A stretch of 63,263 nucleotides of DNA, the filler included, from Folioceros fuciformis (lineage: Eukaryota), in assembly GCA_049999805.1 (NCBI GenBank). It is 6 parts of 6 records of this genome, joined end to end, with 100 filler letters (N's around TTAATTAATTAA, not from the genome) between each part and the next. Parts side by side here need not be neighbours in the genome. Positions count along the whole stretch, not along the records: positions 58,079 to 63,263 come from JBNGIO010005944.1; 5 more parts are not named here. The stretch is one strand, 5' to 3'. Position 1 is the stretch's first letter, and each line of letters starts with the position of its first letter. Shown piece by piece: positions 62,867-63,263 of this stretch. The notes under the pieces were generated by a model that searched no databases, had not been told where the DNA came from, and was given only the letters and a program-made list of their open reading frames with translations. The position numbers and the translations under genes were made by a program.

Positions 62867-63263
62867 GAGAAGAGTGTAGAATATGGTGGTTCATTTCTTT
62901 GTGTAGCCCCTTCTTATAGGAGAGATCGACACATGATCCCTCTCCTACATGTAGGTGGTGGGCTACCCTTCTCTCACACTAGCTCTCTTCTCGCCACCAA
63001 CTTTAATTGCGCACACCTACCAAGAGGGCTTAACCTACCAATAATTGCTAGAGCACTGTGTGGCGTTGAAGATTAGGACTGTCGGCGCTGCCATAGAAGA
63101 TTCGTTGACCCTTTCTCCAAAAAGGTGTGGCTAGGACTGCTCCTAGAGGGAGGCAGAGTTCGAAGGTTGAGTTACTGGGCCCCCCTCCTTTATTGGGATC
63201 CGTCTTCTCTTGGATGCATGAGCTTCCACTGTACCTTCCTCTGTGTGGATCTCTTGGGACATC

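Overview
Eukaryotic nuclear DNA from a plant with short (mostly ~70-150 bp) introns and tightly packed genes. A seed-free land plant such as a hornwort is plausible, but that is inference. A gene island at ~11.7-30.9 kb (NOP53, RHD3, PORR paralog 1, VPS33, a GT32 alpha-1,4-glycosyltransferase, PORR paralog 2) lies between clusters of nested, decayed LTR retrotransposons. The main finding is a Ty3/gypsy element (~40.7-49.3 kb) with the order gag-zinc knuckles-protease-C5 DNA methyltransferase (DNMT3-like motifs, catalytic loop GWECQ)-RT-RNaseH-integrase-PHD finger, i.e. a retrotransposon carrying both a chromatin writer and a chromatin reader. Other findings: (1) a hidden intronless gene for a probably secreted protein, split by a copia insertion and rejoined in frame when one GTTCC TSD is removed; (2) that copia has an inverted copy of its 3' LTR end in place of a normal 5' LTR; (3) a 5S rRNA-derived segment near 58.9 kb; (4) a solo LTR with an expanded palindromic repeat inside an element of its own LTR family. 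Five gaps contain an artificial TTAATTAATTAA linker, so contig order across them is unreliable. All calls come from manual reading and motif recognition; no searches were run.
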